Positions 41,307 to 52,274 of a stretch of DNA of 64,000 bases are shown here, in pieces. Source of the DNA: an uncultured Bacillota bacterium (GTDB taxonomy: Bacteria; Bacillota; DTU025; MWDF01). Every line of letters starts with the position of its first letter. The stretch's first letter is position 1. A program made the position numbers and the translations under genes. Location of the stretch: assembly GCA_963823655.1 (NCBI GenBank), contig CAWGMK010000006.1:32001-96000 (forward strand), given 5' to 3'. Under the pieces are notes generated by a model. The model had not been told where the DNA came from, did no database searches, and saw only the letters and a program-made list of their open reading frames with translations.

Positions 41307-42894
41307 GTGAGCGGTTTGATTCTTAGTAAATTCACCCGGATTGCGTTCGCAGCAGGCGCAATATTGGCCCTGGGGCTGGCAACAGGCGCAGTGGCCGAGG
41401 AAGAGGCGAAGCTGCCGGAGGGCGCGGTAGTAATCAGCGGAGGCTATGCCGACGTAACCGGGGACGGCGTAACTGACGAAGTAATACTTATGGGCAAGAG
41501 GGCACAAGCCGATGCCGACTTTATGTCAGAGCACGGCCTTTTCGTGACTGAAGGAAAAGAGGGCAAGACATTTGAGAAGTGGCTGGGCCCTGAGAGCGCA
41601 GGCTATCCGGGGCAAGTTACTTTCGGAAAGCTAAATCCGGGAGCGAGCATCGATATGCTTCTAGAGTTTCCCTCAGGAGGCTCGGGTGGAATCACAACGG
41701 CATTGCCTGTGAGCATGGAAGGCGGAGAGGTAAAATACCTTGCCGACATCTACCTGCTAAACGACGGGCCTAAAGTTGACTTCGTAGTCAACGACAACTA
41801 CAAGCTGGTAGCGAAGTTCGAGGGCATTGAGTACACCCTTGGATCTGCTTAATGGCAAAGCGAAGGATGAAGAGGGAACCTACAAGGGCATATTCGACGA
41901 GTCCGGCAGGAAAGTGGGCACCTTGAAGCCGGCCCTCGATTCTGTCGGCGCGACGGAGCTTTCCGACCTGAACGGCGACGGCATATTCGAGATAATCACA
42001 TACAGGTCGATCTGGGCAGTATTCCATGCCAACGGCGTCGGTTTCGCAAGGAGCACCTGGGGCTGGGAAGATGACGCCATAAAACCCAGGTTCGTCTCGA
42101 TAAAGCCCAATTTCACGCCTGCCGATTTCATGGAATATATAAACTCCATCCAGGCAACCGACCCTATAGAGGTCATCAAGTCGGCTGTAACCAAGTACCA
42201 GTCGGCCTTCGAAGCGGCGCCTGCATCCTGGAGGTACGATGCCTTCATGATCTTCAGGGCTTACCAGGAGGCGGTCGCCGGTAAAATTACCGAAAGCTTC
42301 CCGTCTGTGCAGGGGGCGGACGATGCCACAATGCAGAAGATATACGAATACGCCGACAAGCTGGCAGCCGCCGGCATAGGGGTATTCTATGTGGGCGAGG
42401 GCAGGGTAGCGGCGATTCCTGATCCGATGTTCCAGATCCGTAAGTTCGAGAAGTACATCCCCAAGGAAGCCGTTGAATTCCTTCTCCTGGATACTGTGGA
42501 AGTGTACGATATCTGGGCAATGGACGGCGCTTTGAACATACAGATGGAAGAGGTCGGAAACAGGCTCCATGACTGGGAGTACTTCCTCATGAGCTATCCC
42601 GGTTCTCCTTTTTCCGAGTATGCAATGAGCCAGTATGTGAGCAAGCTTGCGGCCTTCCTGCTCGGAATAGACAACAGCCCGAACTTCAGCTACAGCGACG
42701 GAAGCATCAATCCGGGCGTTATGGCGTCTTTGGAGAAGTATGCGAGGGAGAACAGCGGGGATGCCTCTGCGAACGTCGTGGCCCAGGCATTGGGCATAAT
42801 GCGCGAGGGAAAGGGAAAGCTGACACAGCAGCTTATTGACCGCATATTGGGGCTGCTCCCGCAGCCTAAGCCGGCTGAAGAAGTGAAGCCGTAA
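41307..42894 (+). CDS. Secreted hypothetical protein with DxxGDG Ca-binding-like motifs (frameshift near 41835)
   Basis: Signal peptide; DVTGDGVTD and DLNGDGIFE; two overlapping ORFs. Confidence 0.65.
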
Positions 42895-42915
42895 GCAGAT
42901 AATTAGGTTCGTCCG

Positions 42916-42946
42916 GCGGGCGGTACTTAAAAAGGCCGCCCGCTTT
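42916..42946 (+). terminator. Intrinsic terminator
   Basis: GCGGGCGGT..GCCGCCCGC followed by TTT. Confidence 0.65.
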
Positions 42947-43060
42947 GCTTATTCTGTGCTGCATTTATATTTAAAACGACGGCTTTCAGGCTTAATATTG
43001 TAGGTGTCGGATGAATGCCTCAATCGATGAGCGAAGGTTTTATCAGGAGGTTCTATCAAA

Positions 43061-43495
43061 ATGATAAAGCTTGTAGAAATAGATAAGTCCAACTGGCTGG
43101 GATTGGCCAGGCTGGGCGTTCAGGATTCTCAGAGGAGCTTCGTTGCGGACAACAGCATTTCAATGGCACAGGCGCACTATGAGATGGGAAATTTCCCCCT
43201 TGGGATATATGATGGCGAGATTCCGGTGGGTTTCTGCATGTACGGGCACGATGAGGAGGTTTGCGAACACTGGATCATCAGGCTGATGATAGATAAGGGA
43301 CATCAGTCGAAAGGCTACGGCAGAAAGGCCATGTCGCTGCTGGTAGAGAGGATCCGCCAGGAGTTCGGCGAGGTACCCATATATTTGAGCTTCGAGCCCG
43401 AAAATGCCTGGGGGAGGGCCCTTTATGAGAGCCTGGGGTTCATCCCTGACGGCAGGGTGATGGATGGGGAAATTGTGTACAGGCTGGACGTTTGA
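43061..43495 (+). CDS. GNAT acetyltransferase (spermidine/diamine N-acetyltransferase-like)
   Basis: QRSFVA.N..SMAQA, WIIRLMID..QSKGYG, EPEN..LYESLGF. Confidence 0.82.
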   Translation: MIKLVEIDKSNWLGLARLGVQDSQRSFVADNSISMAQAHYEMGNFPLGIYDGEIPVGFCMYGHDEEVCEHWIIRLMIDKGHQSKGYGRKAMSLLVERIRQEFGEVPIYLSFEPENAWGRALYESLGFIPDGRVMDGEIVYRLDV

Positions 43496-43546
43496 CAGGA
43501 GCCGTCAATTCCGAAACTTCTGAGGATCATACGGGCTAAGATGAAA

Positions 43547-43581
43547 AATGACCGGCGGCAAATTACATGCCGCCGGTCATT
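43547..43581. terminator. Bidirectional terminator
   Basis: AATGACCGGCGGCA..TGCCGCCGGTCATT, 14-bp stem. Confidence 0.8.
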
Positions 43582-43602
43582 GCTCTCACGAATTGCACTT
43601 GT

Positions 43603-45114
43603 CTACTTAACGAGCATTATCCTGCCTTCAACCTTGGGGGAGATTTCGAGGCCCTTTATGTAGCGGATCGCCACATCGCGAAGCATCTCGCCTGACATAT
43701 AAAGGACCTTGGCATCCTTGAACATCGAATATCCGTCGCCGCCGGCGGCTGTGAAGTCATTAGTGGCTACTGTGTAGAACCTGAAGGGATGCAGTGCCAC
43801 TCCGTTGACCTTAACATCGCTTACTCTGCTTCCGGCCGGTTTTGCGGGATCGAACGAGAATGTGACTCCGCTCACCTGCAGGAACCCGCCAAGCTGCTCG
43901 GGGTACTTGCTTACTGAAAGCTCCAGGGCGCTAAGCAGCGCGCTTCCGGCAAGCTCTATGGTAACAAGGCTGTTGTCGAAAGGAAGTACCGTAATGACGC
44001 CGCCTACGGTTATGTCACCCTTCTTCAAGGAGGCGCGGATGCCACCGCCGTTTGTAAGGCCGATGTCAGCCTTTGCGGCATCCTTCATGATGTCGGCAAC
44101 GAGGTTACCAAGGTTGGTCTCCTTGGTGCGGACATTGGCGCGCTCGCCGTCGAGGTCTACAAGGGTCTTGGCTATGACTTCGTTCATTTCCTTGGAAAGG
44201 GCGTAGTTGTAAAGCCAGATGCGGGCGCCGACTGGGCCGCTGATCGGGGCATTGGGGATGTCCTCGCCGAGTTTTACGAGCTTCCCATTGAATGCCGACA
44301 CGGCGTTGTTCTTCACTGTGACTTCCAGGGTGCCTGCGTAACCGGCCCACTCGCCTGCTGAGACTATGATTGTGGGTCCGACTTTCACCGGCTGCTCAAG
44401 AAGCGTGTGCGAATGCCCGCCCACGATGATATCGATGCCGGGGAACATCTTTGCAAGCTTCAGATCCTCGGTATGGCCCAGATGGGAAAGGCAGACAATG
44501 ATGTCGGCCTTCATCTCAAGCTCTGCCAGCACGGTCATTGTCGAATCGACCGGATCGAGGAACTTAAGGCCTATTACGTTATTGGGATGCGTTACTATCG
44601 GCGTGTCTACCGGCGAAAGGCCGAACATGCCGACTTTGATTCCATTGATAACCTTGATGGTGTAGGGGACAGCGAAGTAAGAGCCGTCATCATACACAAC
44701 GTTGGCCGCAAGGAACGGGAATTCCGCGGTCTTCCAAAGGTTGATGAGCTGCTTCTGGCCGTAGTTGAACTCATGGTTGCCCAGGGAAGTTGCCGCAAAG
44801 CCCATATCGTCCATGATGTCTACCATGGGCACTCCGTTGAAGAGGTTGACGATGTTGGTGCCGTGGATCATGTCGCCCGAGGCGAGCAGCAGGACGTCCT
44901 TGCCGCCCTTCCTTAGCATATCCACATAGGAAGAGAGCTTGCCCATACCACCGATTGCCACCTTCTCATTGGTGGGAATCCAGGGCTCCAGCCTGCCGTG
45001 GACGTCGTTTACGTGCACGAGTGTGAAGCTGCCATCGGTTGCCGAGGCCATGAAAGCGGCCGTCAGAACCATAATGACCGACATCAGGACAACCAGTAAT
45101 CTTCTGTTACGCAT
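43603..45114 (-). CDS. Secreted 5'-nucleotidase (UshA family)
   Basis: HVNDVHG, GNHEFNYG, GGHSH, ETNLGN, NGGGIR, GGDGY. Confidence 0.92.
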   Translation of the reverse strand: MRNRRLLVVLMSVIMVLTAAFMASATDGSFTLVHVNDVHGRLEPWIPTNEKVAIGGMGKLSSYVDMLRKGGKDVLLLASGDMIHGTNIVNLFNGVPMVDIMDDMGFAATSLGNHEFNYGQKQLINLWKTAEFPFLAANVVYDDGSYFAVPYTIKVINGIKVGMFGLSPVDTPIVTHPNNVIGLKFLDPVDSTMTVLAELEMKADIIVCLSHLGHTEDLKLAKMFPGIDIIVGGHSHTLLEQPVKVGPTIIVSAGEWAGYAGTLEVTVKNNAVSAFNGKLVKLGEDIPNAPISGPVGARIWLYNYALSKEMNEVIAKTLVDLDGERANVRTKETNLGNLVADIMKDAAKADIGLTNGGGIRASLKKGDITVGGVITVLPFDNSLVTIELAGSALLSALELSVSKYPEQLGGFLQVSGVTFSFDPAKPAGSRVSDVKVNGVALHPFRFYTVATNDFTAAGGDGYSMFKDAKVLYMSGEMLRDVAIRYIKGLEISPKVEGRIMLVK

Positions 45115-45655
45115 TGGTTACCCTCCTTGCTTGTATTGATTTATTTGGGTTTTACAAATAGATTATACTTCATAGCAAGTTCTATTCCCAAGTGTATGTA
45201 TCATATTGTCCGGCAATTGTGACATCATTTGTCGCATTATCCTATTGGACTGATATGAAGGGATTGGAGCATGAGAAACTCACTTCATGTAAATAATGCA
45301 GTTCACACTTTTTAGGCTATACTCCTGCCTTGCTGGAGTTTATAATAATTAAATTAAGCAGCCTATACAGTAATGAAAATTAGAAAACATCATTCGTTTA
45401 ACGAAGCCCCATCACTTAATCGTGAACAGCCAAATCGAATAATCCCATGATCACGGCATAGCCAGTTGGAGTGATTATTCAATCATGGGCCCCGGCATCC
45501 GTCCTTAAAACGCCCTATCGGCAAATGAGGGAAAGGGAGCTGGATTATTGCATACTTTGGCAGGGGCAACTGCGCCTCAACAAGGAGGTATTCGTTAAGG
45601 CGCATAGAAATAGATATCATCGTTTCATACCTTCATTAGAAAGGAGTGCTGGCAT

Positions 45656-48600
45656 TTGAGTTCAAGAAGACTAGCAATCATAGTTTTAGCAGCCATATTG
45701 GCGTTTTCAACGGCAGTGGCTGCCGCTCCGCCGACAATCAACCCGGATGAGGCTCTGAAAGCACTAGGCAAGCCCATGCTTTCCGTGAAACCGGAAGAGG
45801 AGGAGCCCTCCTTAGTAATTGAGGAGGTCAACACGACCGGGGCCAAGGACTGGAGGCCGGGAGCGCTGATCATCAGGCTTGATTCGGCCGCATCGGTCTC
45901 TTCGCTAGGCGGCGGGTTCGGCCTTGCGATCTCAAAGCTTGGAGGTTCAATCGAGCGCAATCTGGACATGAAGAACATGGCAGAGGGCGCGATTGCTTCC
46001 AGCGATGCCACTCTGCACTTCGTCTTTGCAAAATTCTCGGAGGATGCCGACGTTTTTGCACTGGCCGAAGAAGTGGGGAAGATCCCGGGTGTCTTGTATG
46101 CTGAACCTGACTACAGGATGTACCCCGACGCGGTAGCCCTGCCTCCCACAGATCCGGGCTACACGAGCGGAAGACAGTATTATCTGAACAACACAGCCGT
46201 ACCATATTATTCGACCCTGTTCGGCACTGCCGGCTCCGACCTTAAGGCGCCCGCAGGCTGGGAATTTCGCCAATAATGACTTCGGCCTAGACTGCTCATC
46301 TGTAGTAGTCGGGGTCATCGACCAGGGCGTAGCATTCTGGCATGCGGACCTAATAAACAATATGTGGGTGAACGAGGAAGAGTTTGAGGGCACCGAGGGC
46401 GTCGACGATGATGGCAATGGCTACATGGACGACGTCTACGGTTATAACTTCTATCATGACCTCGGCATCAACGATTATGCCAGCGGCTATTATCCTGCGA
46501 TGGATATGACTACCACGGAACCCACGTGGCAGGTACCATATCGGCCGAATGGAACGGCTGGGGCTCGGCAGGAACTGCACGCAATGCGAAGATAATGAGC
46601 CTTAAGTTCCTCGATGAGGGAGGCGGCTGGACTTCCGACGCCATAAGAGCCCTTGAGTATGCAGTTCTCATGGGAGCCGACCTTACAAGCAACAGCTGGG
46701 GCGGCGGCGAACCTGAGCAGTCGATGTCGGATGCTATTAAGAGCAAGCGGCATGCTGTTCGTCGCTGCTGCAGGAAACGACGGCAACAACAATGACTTCT
46801 TCGGTCACTATCCGTCGTCATATGCCAATCCGTCCTCGCCGTACTATTGCGAGAATATAATAACGGTTGCTGCGACGGACGCTAATGACAATCTAGTGTC
46901 GTTCTCCAACTACGGCCCGGAATCAGTACACGTAGCCGCTGCAGGCTTCTATGTGTATGCTTCCTACCCGTATTTCGACGGAGTAAATTACTTGTCATAT
47001 AAACGCATGGATGTCAGGCACATCAATGGCAACACCGCAGGTAAGCGCTGTAGCGGCGATGCTGATAGCACAGGACAAGATGCATGCAGCATACTCCTTC
47101 CCGCAGTATGACGACCCTGATCCCTCAGGGGACTGGGACACCGTCAAAGAGATAGTGCTTAACAGCGCCGAAAAAAAGGCACAGCTGGAAGGCTATGTGA
47201 GCACCGGCGGCAGGGTCAGCATGTACGGCGCGCTGACGATGCAAAGACTGGCAAGCGCATCGGCAATAACTGTCACCCCAGCGTTCAGCAATGAAATCCC
47301 GGTCAACATCAACGTTAGCGTAACTATTGACGGGGGCGACGCCAAAGCATCTGATATGCCCGGTATCGAGCACAGGTGGGAGTTGTGCTGGGCTGACGCC
47401 TTCTATCAGAGGGAGTCCACCGGCATCACGGCGACAGGCGTCATCCGCCACGCTTGTCGCAACGGAATACGGCTACTATGAGGTCAAGTATGAGATGTAT
47501 GACCTGGATCAATGATGTCGTCAATAACAACATCATATAAGCGGGTGATTATGGCACCGGAGGAAGCAGTCATTCTTGTCTTGGATGACCAGTGGTATGG
47601 CTACGAAGACATGTCATACATGGACTGGGCTGCGTTCTCCATTTACGGAGTACCGGTATTCTACAATAAGCCCGCCTATGGAAATCCCATATGACATACC
47701 CAATGTGGTATTCTGGACCACTACCTACACGACTAACGGCGTAATCAATGAAGAGGACGCACAGTGGTTGATCGGATTACCTAAAATACGGCGGAGGAAG
47801 GCTGCTGCTAGCAAGCTATGAGATGCTCAACATGATAGATGGCTATTACGGCGAGTCGGCTCTTTCGCAGGAGACGGCAGAAGAGCTGCTTGAGCTGTTG
47901 AAGGTCAAAGGATTACCTGACAGACTATACTTATGTTGAAGACAGGGACCCTGCCCCGTATGAGACGACGGTACCAGGTGGAAGGAGACAGCATAATCTG
48001 GGCCAATGAGCTGAGACTCGACCTCGAATATGACGCTGTGGGATCCGCGATATGCCCAACTACGGAGACGTCGTAACCGAATTCGGCCGGCGCATATCCG
48101 ATACTGCTGTCCCAATACGGCGGAGACAATCGACGAGCCCGAAAGAGCAGCCTCGGACTAAGCTATGCGGGCGATGACTACAGGCTGATATTCCTAGGCG
48201 CGCCGTTGGAAGCCATGCAGGGAACGGACTTACTTGTATGGCATTACTGGAGGGCCTTGGAGCGGCGATATATACAACTTCTTTGACTTCATGTGGTACA
48301 GCTGGGAATTCCTGATTGGCGAGGGTCCGGACAGGCTGGTCGGCTGGCTGGAGAACCCTGTTGCTGGAGGCACATATTCGAATCCTATTGATGTTGAGTG
48401 GGACATAATGGATTCCGAAGAGACCATACATGAGGCCAAGCTGTGGTACCGCAGTGAAGCCAACCCCTACTGGGAGCCCATAACCCTGTTCGTACCCGGT
48501 GAGGAATTCGGCTACATGTGGGACTTCGCGCACACCCTGGTGGGTGACGGCTATGAAGTGAAGCTCGAAGTAACCGACGCTAATGACCATACCCGCGTCG

Positions 48601-48905
48601 CTTACGACTTCGAAGCGCCGTTTGCGATTTGGCCCGCAAGCCCGACAGAAGGCGCGCGCACAGGCGTAGACAGCGAAAACGAAGAGATCATATTCTACGT
48701 CAACGCACTCAAACCGGGCACATTGTATGTGTATGACCTATCAGGAATACTCCTCTTCTCCGAGGAAGTCCCTGAGGGCATGAGCGAGATCACCTGGGAT
48801 ATGATGGTTAACGGATTGAGGATAGCCCGCGGCCTGTACGCGTTCAGGGTCGTCTACAATGACGGCAGCGCGTCCAAGACCGGTCGCTTCCTCGTCAACT
48901 TCTAG
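45656..48905 (+). CDS. Large secreted S8 (subtilisin-like) serine protease with C-terminal T9SS/FlgD-like domain; many frameshifts
   Basis: Signal peptide and propeptide (YAEPDY). Catalytic motifs read across frames: VGVIDQG, HGTHVAGT (46514), AAAGND, SGTSMATP. DDDGNGYMDD Ca loop. C-terminus YVYDLSG..WD..NG..ARGLY..V. Confidence 0.85.
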
Positions 48906-48923
48906 AAAGGGAGGTGCGAAAGA

Positions 48924-49865
48924 ATGAACAGAAGGGCGACAATTATCCTCGTCATGGCCGTAATAATGGCCTTGGCAGCGGCAAGTTCTAGCATTGCCGC
49001 CGAGTACTGGGGCACCCTGCCCTCCCTTAAGCTGGGATACTCGGTCAGATCTGAAGGGATGGGAGGAGCCGGGCTGGCGCTTGCCGGAGACCTAAGTCTG
49101 TCAGGCCAGAACCCCGCAGCTCTGCCTACGACGGAATTCTTCACGCTATACACGACCTACACCTCGGTATATGCGACCAACGGAAAGTTCAGCGCAGTCT
49201 TCGGCGGCAAGTATGTAGGGCTGGCAGTTGATGTGCTGAGCGCCTCCGATGTCGAAATTACAGATCCTTACGGCGCGGTCATAGGCGTTGGCGATTATTA
49301 TGAAGGAAACGTCGCGCTTATGGGCGGCTACAGCTTCAAGCTGGGCACCAAGGGCTTCGTGGCCGTAGGCCTCGCAGCCAAGGGCCTAGGGCAGTTCATG
49401 CCGGAAGTCGAAGGCTACGGCGTGGCGCTCGACTTCGGCGCGCTCGCAAGGTACAACCTGGGCAAGGTCGGCCTGAGCGCGGCGTTCGTGCTCAGAAACG
49501 CTCCCGGCATCATCTGGTACCCCGGATCCGAAGAGCCGATGCCGGTACAAGCCTACCCTGAGCAGGGTGCAGAGATGGTCTTCCTGGAGATGGCTTACGC
49601 CGGCGGCGTAGCAGTGCATCTTCTGGATGACAAACTGGTAGTCGCAGTCGACGTCGACTCAGCAAGGGGCCTGTCAGGCGGCGTGGAGGGCAAGATATCC
49701 GTGCTAAGCCTCAGGGCCGGAGTCAACTGGTGGATGGACAGGCCGCTGTCGTTCTCCGCAGGTGCGGGCCTTGACCTCTGGAAGGGCTCAAGGTTCGACT
49801 TCTCCTATACCTATCTCCAGCACATGCCGGACAGGTACAGAGTAGGTCTGCTTATCGAGTTCTAG
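48924..49865 (+). CDS. PorV/PorQ-like (UPF0164/FadL-type) outer-membrane beta-barrel
   Basis: Signal peptide; RSEGMGGAGLALAGD....QNPAAL matches the GMGGA..A.ADD....NPAGL family motif; ALDFG, LRAG, FSAGAGL; terminal Phe. Confidence 0.75.
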   Translation: MNRRATIILVMAVIMALAAASSSIAAEYWGTLPSLKLGYSVRSEGMGGAGLALAGDLSLSGQNPAALPTTEFFTLYTTYTSVYATNGKFSAVFGGKYVGLAVDVLSASDVEITDPYGAVIGVGDYYEGNVALMGGYSFKLGTKGFVAVGLAAKGLGQFMPEVEGYGVALDFGALARYNLGKVGLSAAFVLRNAPGIIWYPGSEEPMPVQAYPEQGAEMVFLEMAYAGGVAVHLLDDKLVVAVDVDSARGLSGGVEGKISVLSLRAGVNWWMDRPLSFSAGAGLDLWKGSRFDFSYTYLQHMPDRYRVGLLIEF

Positions 49866-49885
49866 AACTAGGCAATGGACAGAGG

Positions 49886-49917
49886 GTGCGGGATTCTGAG
49901 AAGAGTCCCGCACTTTT
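49886..49917 (+). terminator. Intrinsic terminator closing the protease-PorV unit
   Basis: GTGCGGGATTCT..AGAGTCCCGCAC followed by TTTT. Confidence 0.85.
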
Positions 49918-50012
49918 CAATTTTTACGACATATATGCCGAAATGAAGGAACGACGCAGTAGCTTATAGAAGTTTATAATGGTATAAGCAATACGCTAAT
50001 GGAGGGATCAAC

Positions 50013-50612
50013 GTGAAGAGAAAATTCGTAGCAGCTATTGTAGTTTCGCTCCTTCTTGCCATATCGGCCTCGGCTTCGGCCACAGACGTGATATTCGGGC
50101 TGTCCTACAGGGCGTTCAAGCCCGCATTGGAGGCCTTCGACATCAGCAGCGATTTCAAGGCCAACTTGGGCCTTAAGCTGGACATATCCAAGATATTCGA
50201 CGCTAACCTGAGCCTTAAGCTGGGAATGGTCAGAGAAGACATGCTCAACCCCGCATCTGCCCCGAAATTCGGGATAGCAGGCGAGCTGGACGGTCTGTTC
50301 TCCCTGTTGAACTGGCAGATCAGCGAGGATTATCTACTTAAGATCGGACCTTTGGCCGGAATAAGCTTCGCCAACGGGCCAGCCTACTTCCCGGATGGAA
50401 ACATAGACCTCTTCCTCGGCGGTTTCGTCCGTTTCGACTTCCTGAAGAGCTTCAGCATGGATGCCAAAGCTTCGTACGGCTTCATGAGCAAGGGGCTCCT
50501 GGCAGGCTTCGGAATGGAATATGCCTTCACGCCGAACTGGTTCTTAAGAGGGGATTTCGAGTACATGAGAAAGAACGGCTTCTTCAGCATATCCGGAGGT
50601 TACAGATTCTAG
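50013..50612 (+). CDS. Small outer-membrane beta-barrel protein
   Basis: Signal peptide (ASASA); amphipathic strands; GMEYAFTPNWFLRGDFEY; terminal beta-signal SISGGYRF. Confidence 0.75.
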   Translation: MKRKFVAAIVVSLLLAISASASATDVIFGLSYRAFKPALEAFDISSDFKANLGLKLDISKIFDANLSLKLGMVREDMLNPASAPKFGIAGELDGLFSLLNWQISEDYLLKIGPLAGISFANGPAYFPDGNIDLFLGGFVRFDFLKSFSMDAKASYGFMSKGLLAGFGMEYAFTPNWFLRGDFEYMRKNGFFSISGGYRF

Positions 50613-50634
50613 AGGACCCTAATCAGGGATCGGA

Positions 50635-52251
50635 GTGTTTTACATGCCAAAAGTAAGATTGCGCCTGGAAGCCCTTGTAGTGGGGCTGGTAATGGTAATT
50701 TCAGTCTTGTCGGCATGCACGCCAGCATTGGCATTCAAACCCGTCGAGTTCGTATGGCCCGTGCAAGGGAGCGCCCAATTGATGATCTCCGGGAACACAT
50801 ACGACATAACATTTGCCGAAACGATAAATTTCACCGCGAAAACCGACATGGTCCTGAATTTGAACTTAGGTAAATGGCGTCACAACCTTACAATGAGCCT
50901 CATGCTTAAGAATGGAAACCTTCCTGTTGAGGACGTTCTGAAGATAGGCAAGTTCGGCTTCTATCTGGACAGGTGGCGCCTGGTCAGCACCTACGAGAAA
51001 ATGACGATAACCGCAGGGGATACGGCAGTACCAAACGTATTCGCGAAGTACATGTCGGGCTCTTCCCTCTATGGCGCATCCATTATGGTGGGTGGAAACC
51101 TTCCAGGAGCGATGAAGGATACGAGCTTCACGCTTTCCGGAATGGGCGGCAAGAACAGCACCGGAAGGGGCATAAGCTCCACCACAATGGACGTGGCCGG
51201 TCTTGCGCTTGAGCTTCAATACCTGAAGTCGCTTAAGTTCAACCTGGGGTTCACGGAAGGCCTAAGGCAGGACACCGATATTAAGATAGGTTCAGCCATG
51301 CTGGCGTACAGCTTCGAAGCGAACAACATATCTTTGGATGCGGCGGTCTCGCACGAGGCGTTTTCGAGCAAGCTGGGCTGGTACGGCGCATTGAACTACT
51401 CGGGCAGCTTCCAAAGGAAGGTGGCCTTGTCATCAAGCCTTTCGTATACAAGCAATGATTTCCGGAAAATCAGCGCAGCTTCGCCTGAAACGGGAGGAGC
51501 GCTTAGTTCCGCGGCAAATCTGACATTCTACCTTACGCCGACATGGAAGGGCAGCGAGACTCTGGGTTTGAAAGCCGGGTATTCAAAGGACAACCTGGAA
51601 GGGACAAAGGAGAGTTCCCTTCAGACTTTCGATGCCGGCATCTCCTATTCCGCAAGCGGCTTCGCCCCGTCAACCTCGGCTTCAGCATCCTATTCCTTCA
51701 CGGCAGTATCCAACGATTCACTGCCCAAGACGGTGAACAATACCAGGCATGCACTGGATTTAAGGTATTCCCATCAGGCAATCATTAACAAATCCAGGCT
51801 TTCGGTAAACATGTCAGTTGTCCCCTCGTTGTTGTTAAACAAGGTCAAGGACGATGTATCATTCGCCATGACTAACTCCCTTTCGGCGTCTCTCAACATC
51901 AACAGGACAACGATTACCGGCAAGGCAGAAATGAGGGTAAATGCCAACAGGCTCTCCACAACGCTCTCATTCGCCCCTTCGCTTGACCTTGCCGTAAGCA
52001 CAAGCTTCCAGAAGCCGGCGATTTCTCTAAGCGCCGCGCTCAAGCTTAGCAACAGCAGCACATTGAATTACTCTACGTCTACGATCAGCAGCGATGTCAG
52101 CTATCTTGACGTGTTGCCTAGGGTGACATGGAGGATATCGGACAGCTTCAGCTTATATGGCAACTATTCCGGCAAACTGAGATTCGGAGCATCAGTTGTG
52201 ACGCCGACGTGGACTGACACTTACGGCTTCGGCATAAGCTTTAGGCTCTAG
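50635..52251 (+). CDS. Large Ser/Thr-rich putative outer-membrane beta-barrel
   Basis: Signal peptide; long run of alternating hydrophobic/polar strands; ends YGFGISFRL. Confidence 0.65.
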   Translation: MFYMPKVRLRLEALVVGLVMVISVLSACTPALAFKPVEFVWPVQGSAQLMISGNTYDITFAETINFTAKTDMVLNLNLGKWRHNLTMSLMLKNGNLPVEDVLKIGKFGFYLDRWRLVSTYEKMTITAGDTAVPNVFAKYMSGSSLYGASIMVGGNLPGAMKDTSFTLSGMGGKNSTGRGISSTTMDVAGLALELQYLKSLKFNLGFTEGLRQDTDIKIGSAMLAYSFEANNISLDAAVSHEAFSSKLGWYGALNYSGSFQRKVALSSSLSYTSNDFRKISAASPETGGALSSAANLTFYLTPTWKGSETLGLKAGYSKDNLEGTKESSLQTFDAGISYSASGFAPSTSASASYSFTAVSNDSLPKTVNNTRHALDLRYSHQAIINKSRLSVNMSVVPSLLLNKVKDDVSFAMTNSLSASLNINRTTITGKAEMRVNANRLSTTLSFAPSLDLAVSTSFQKPAISLSAALKLSNSSTLNYSTSTISSDVSYLDVLPRVTWRISDSFSLYGNYSGKLRFGASVVTPTWTDTYGFGISFRL

Positions 52252-52274
52252 AGATTTTCGACGGAGGATGGAAT

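Noticed and set aside
45425-45470. TAGCCAGTTG resembles the 3' end of a c-di-GMP-I riboswitch
   Set aside because: The upstream GGCAAA/GNRA and GCAAA elements are missing
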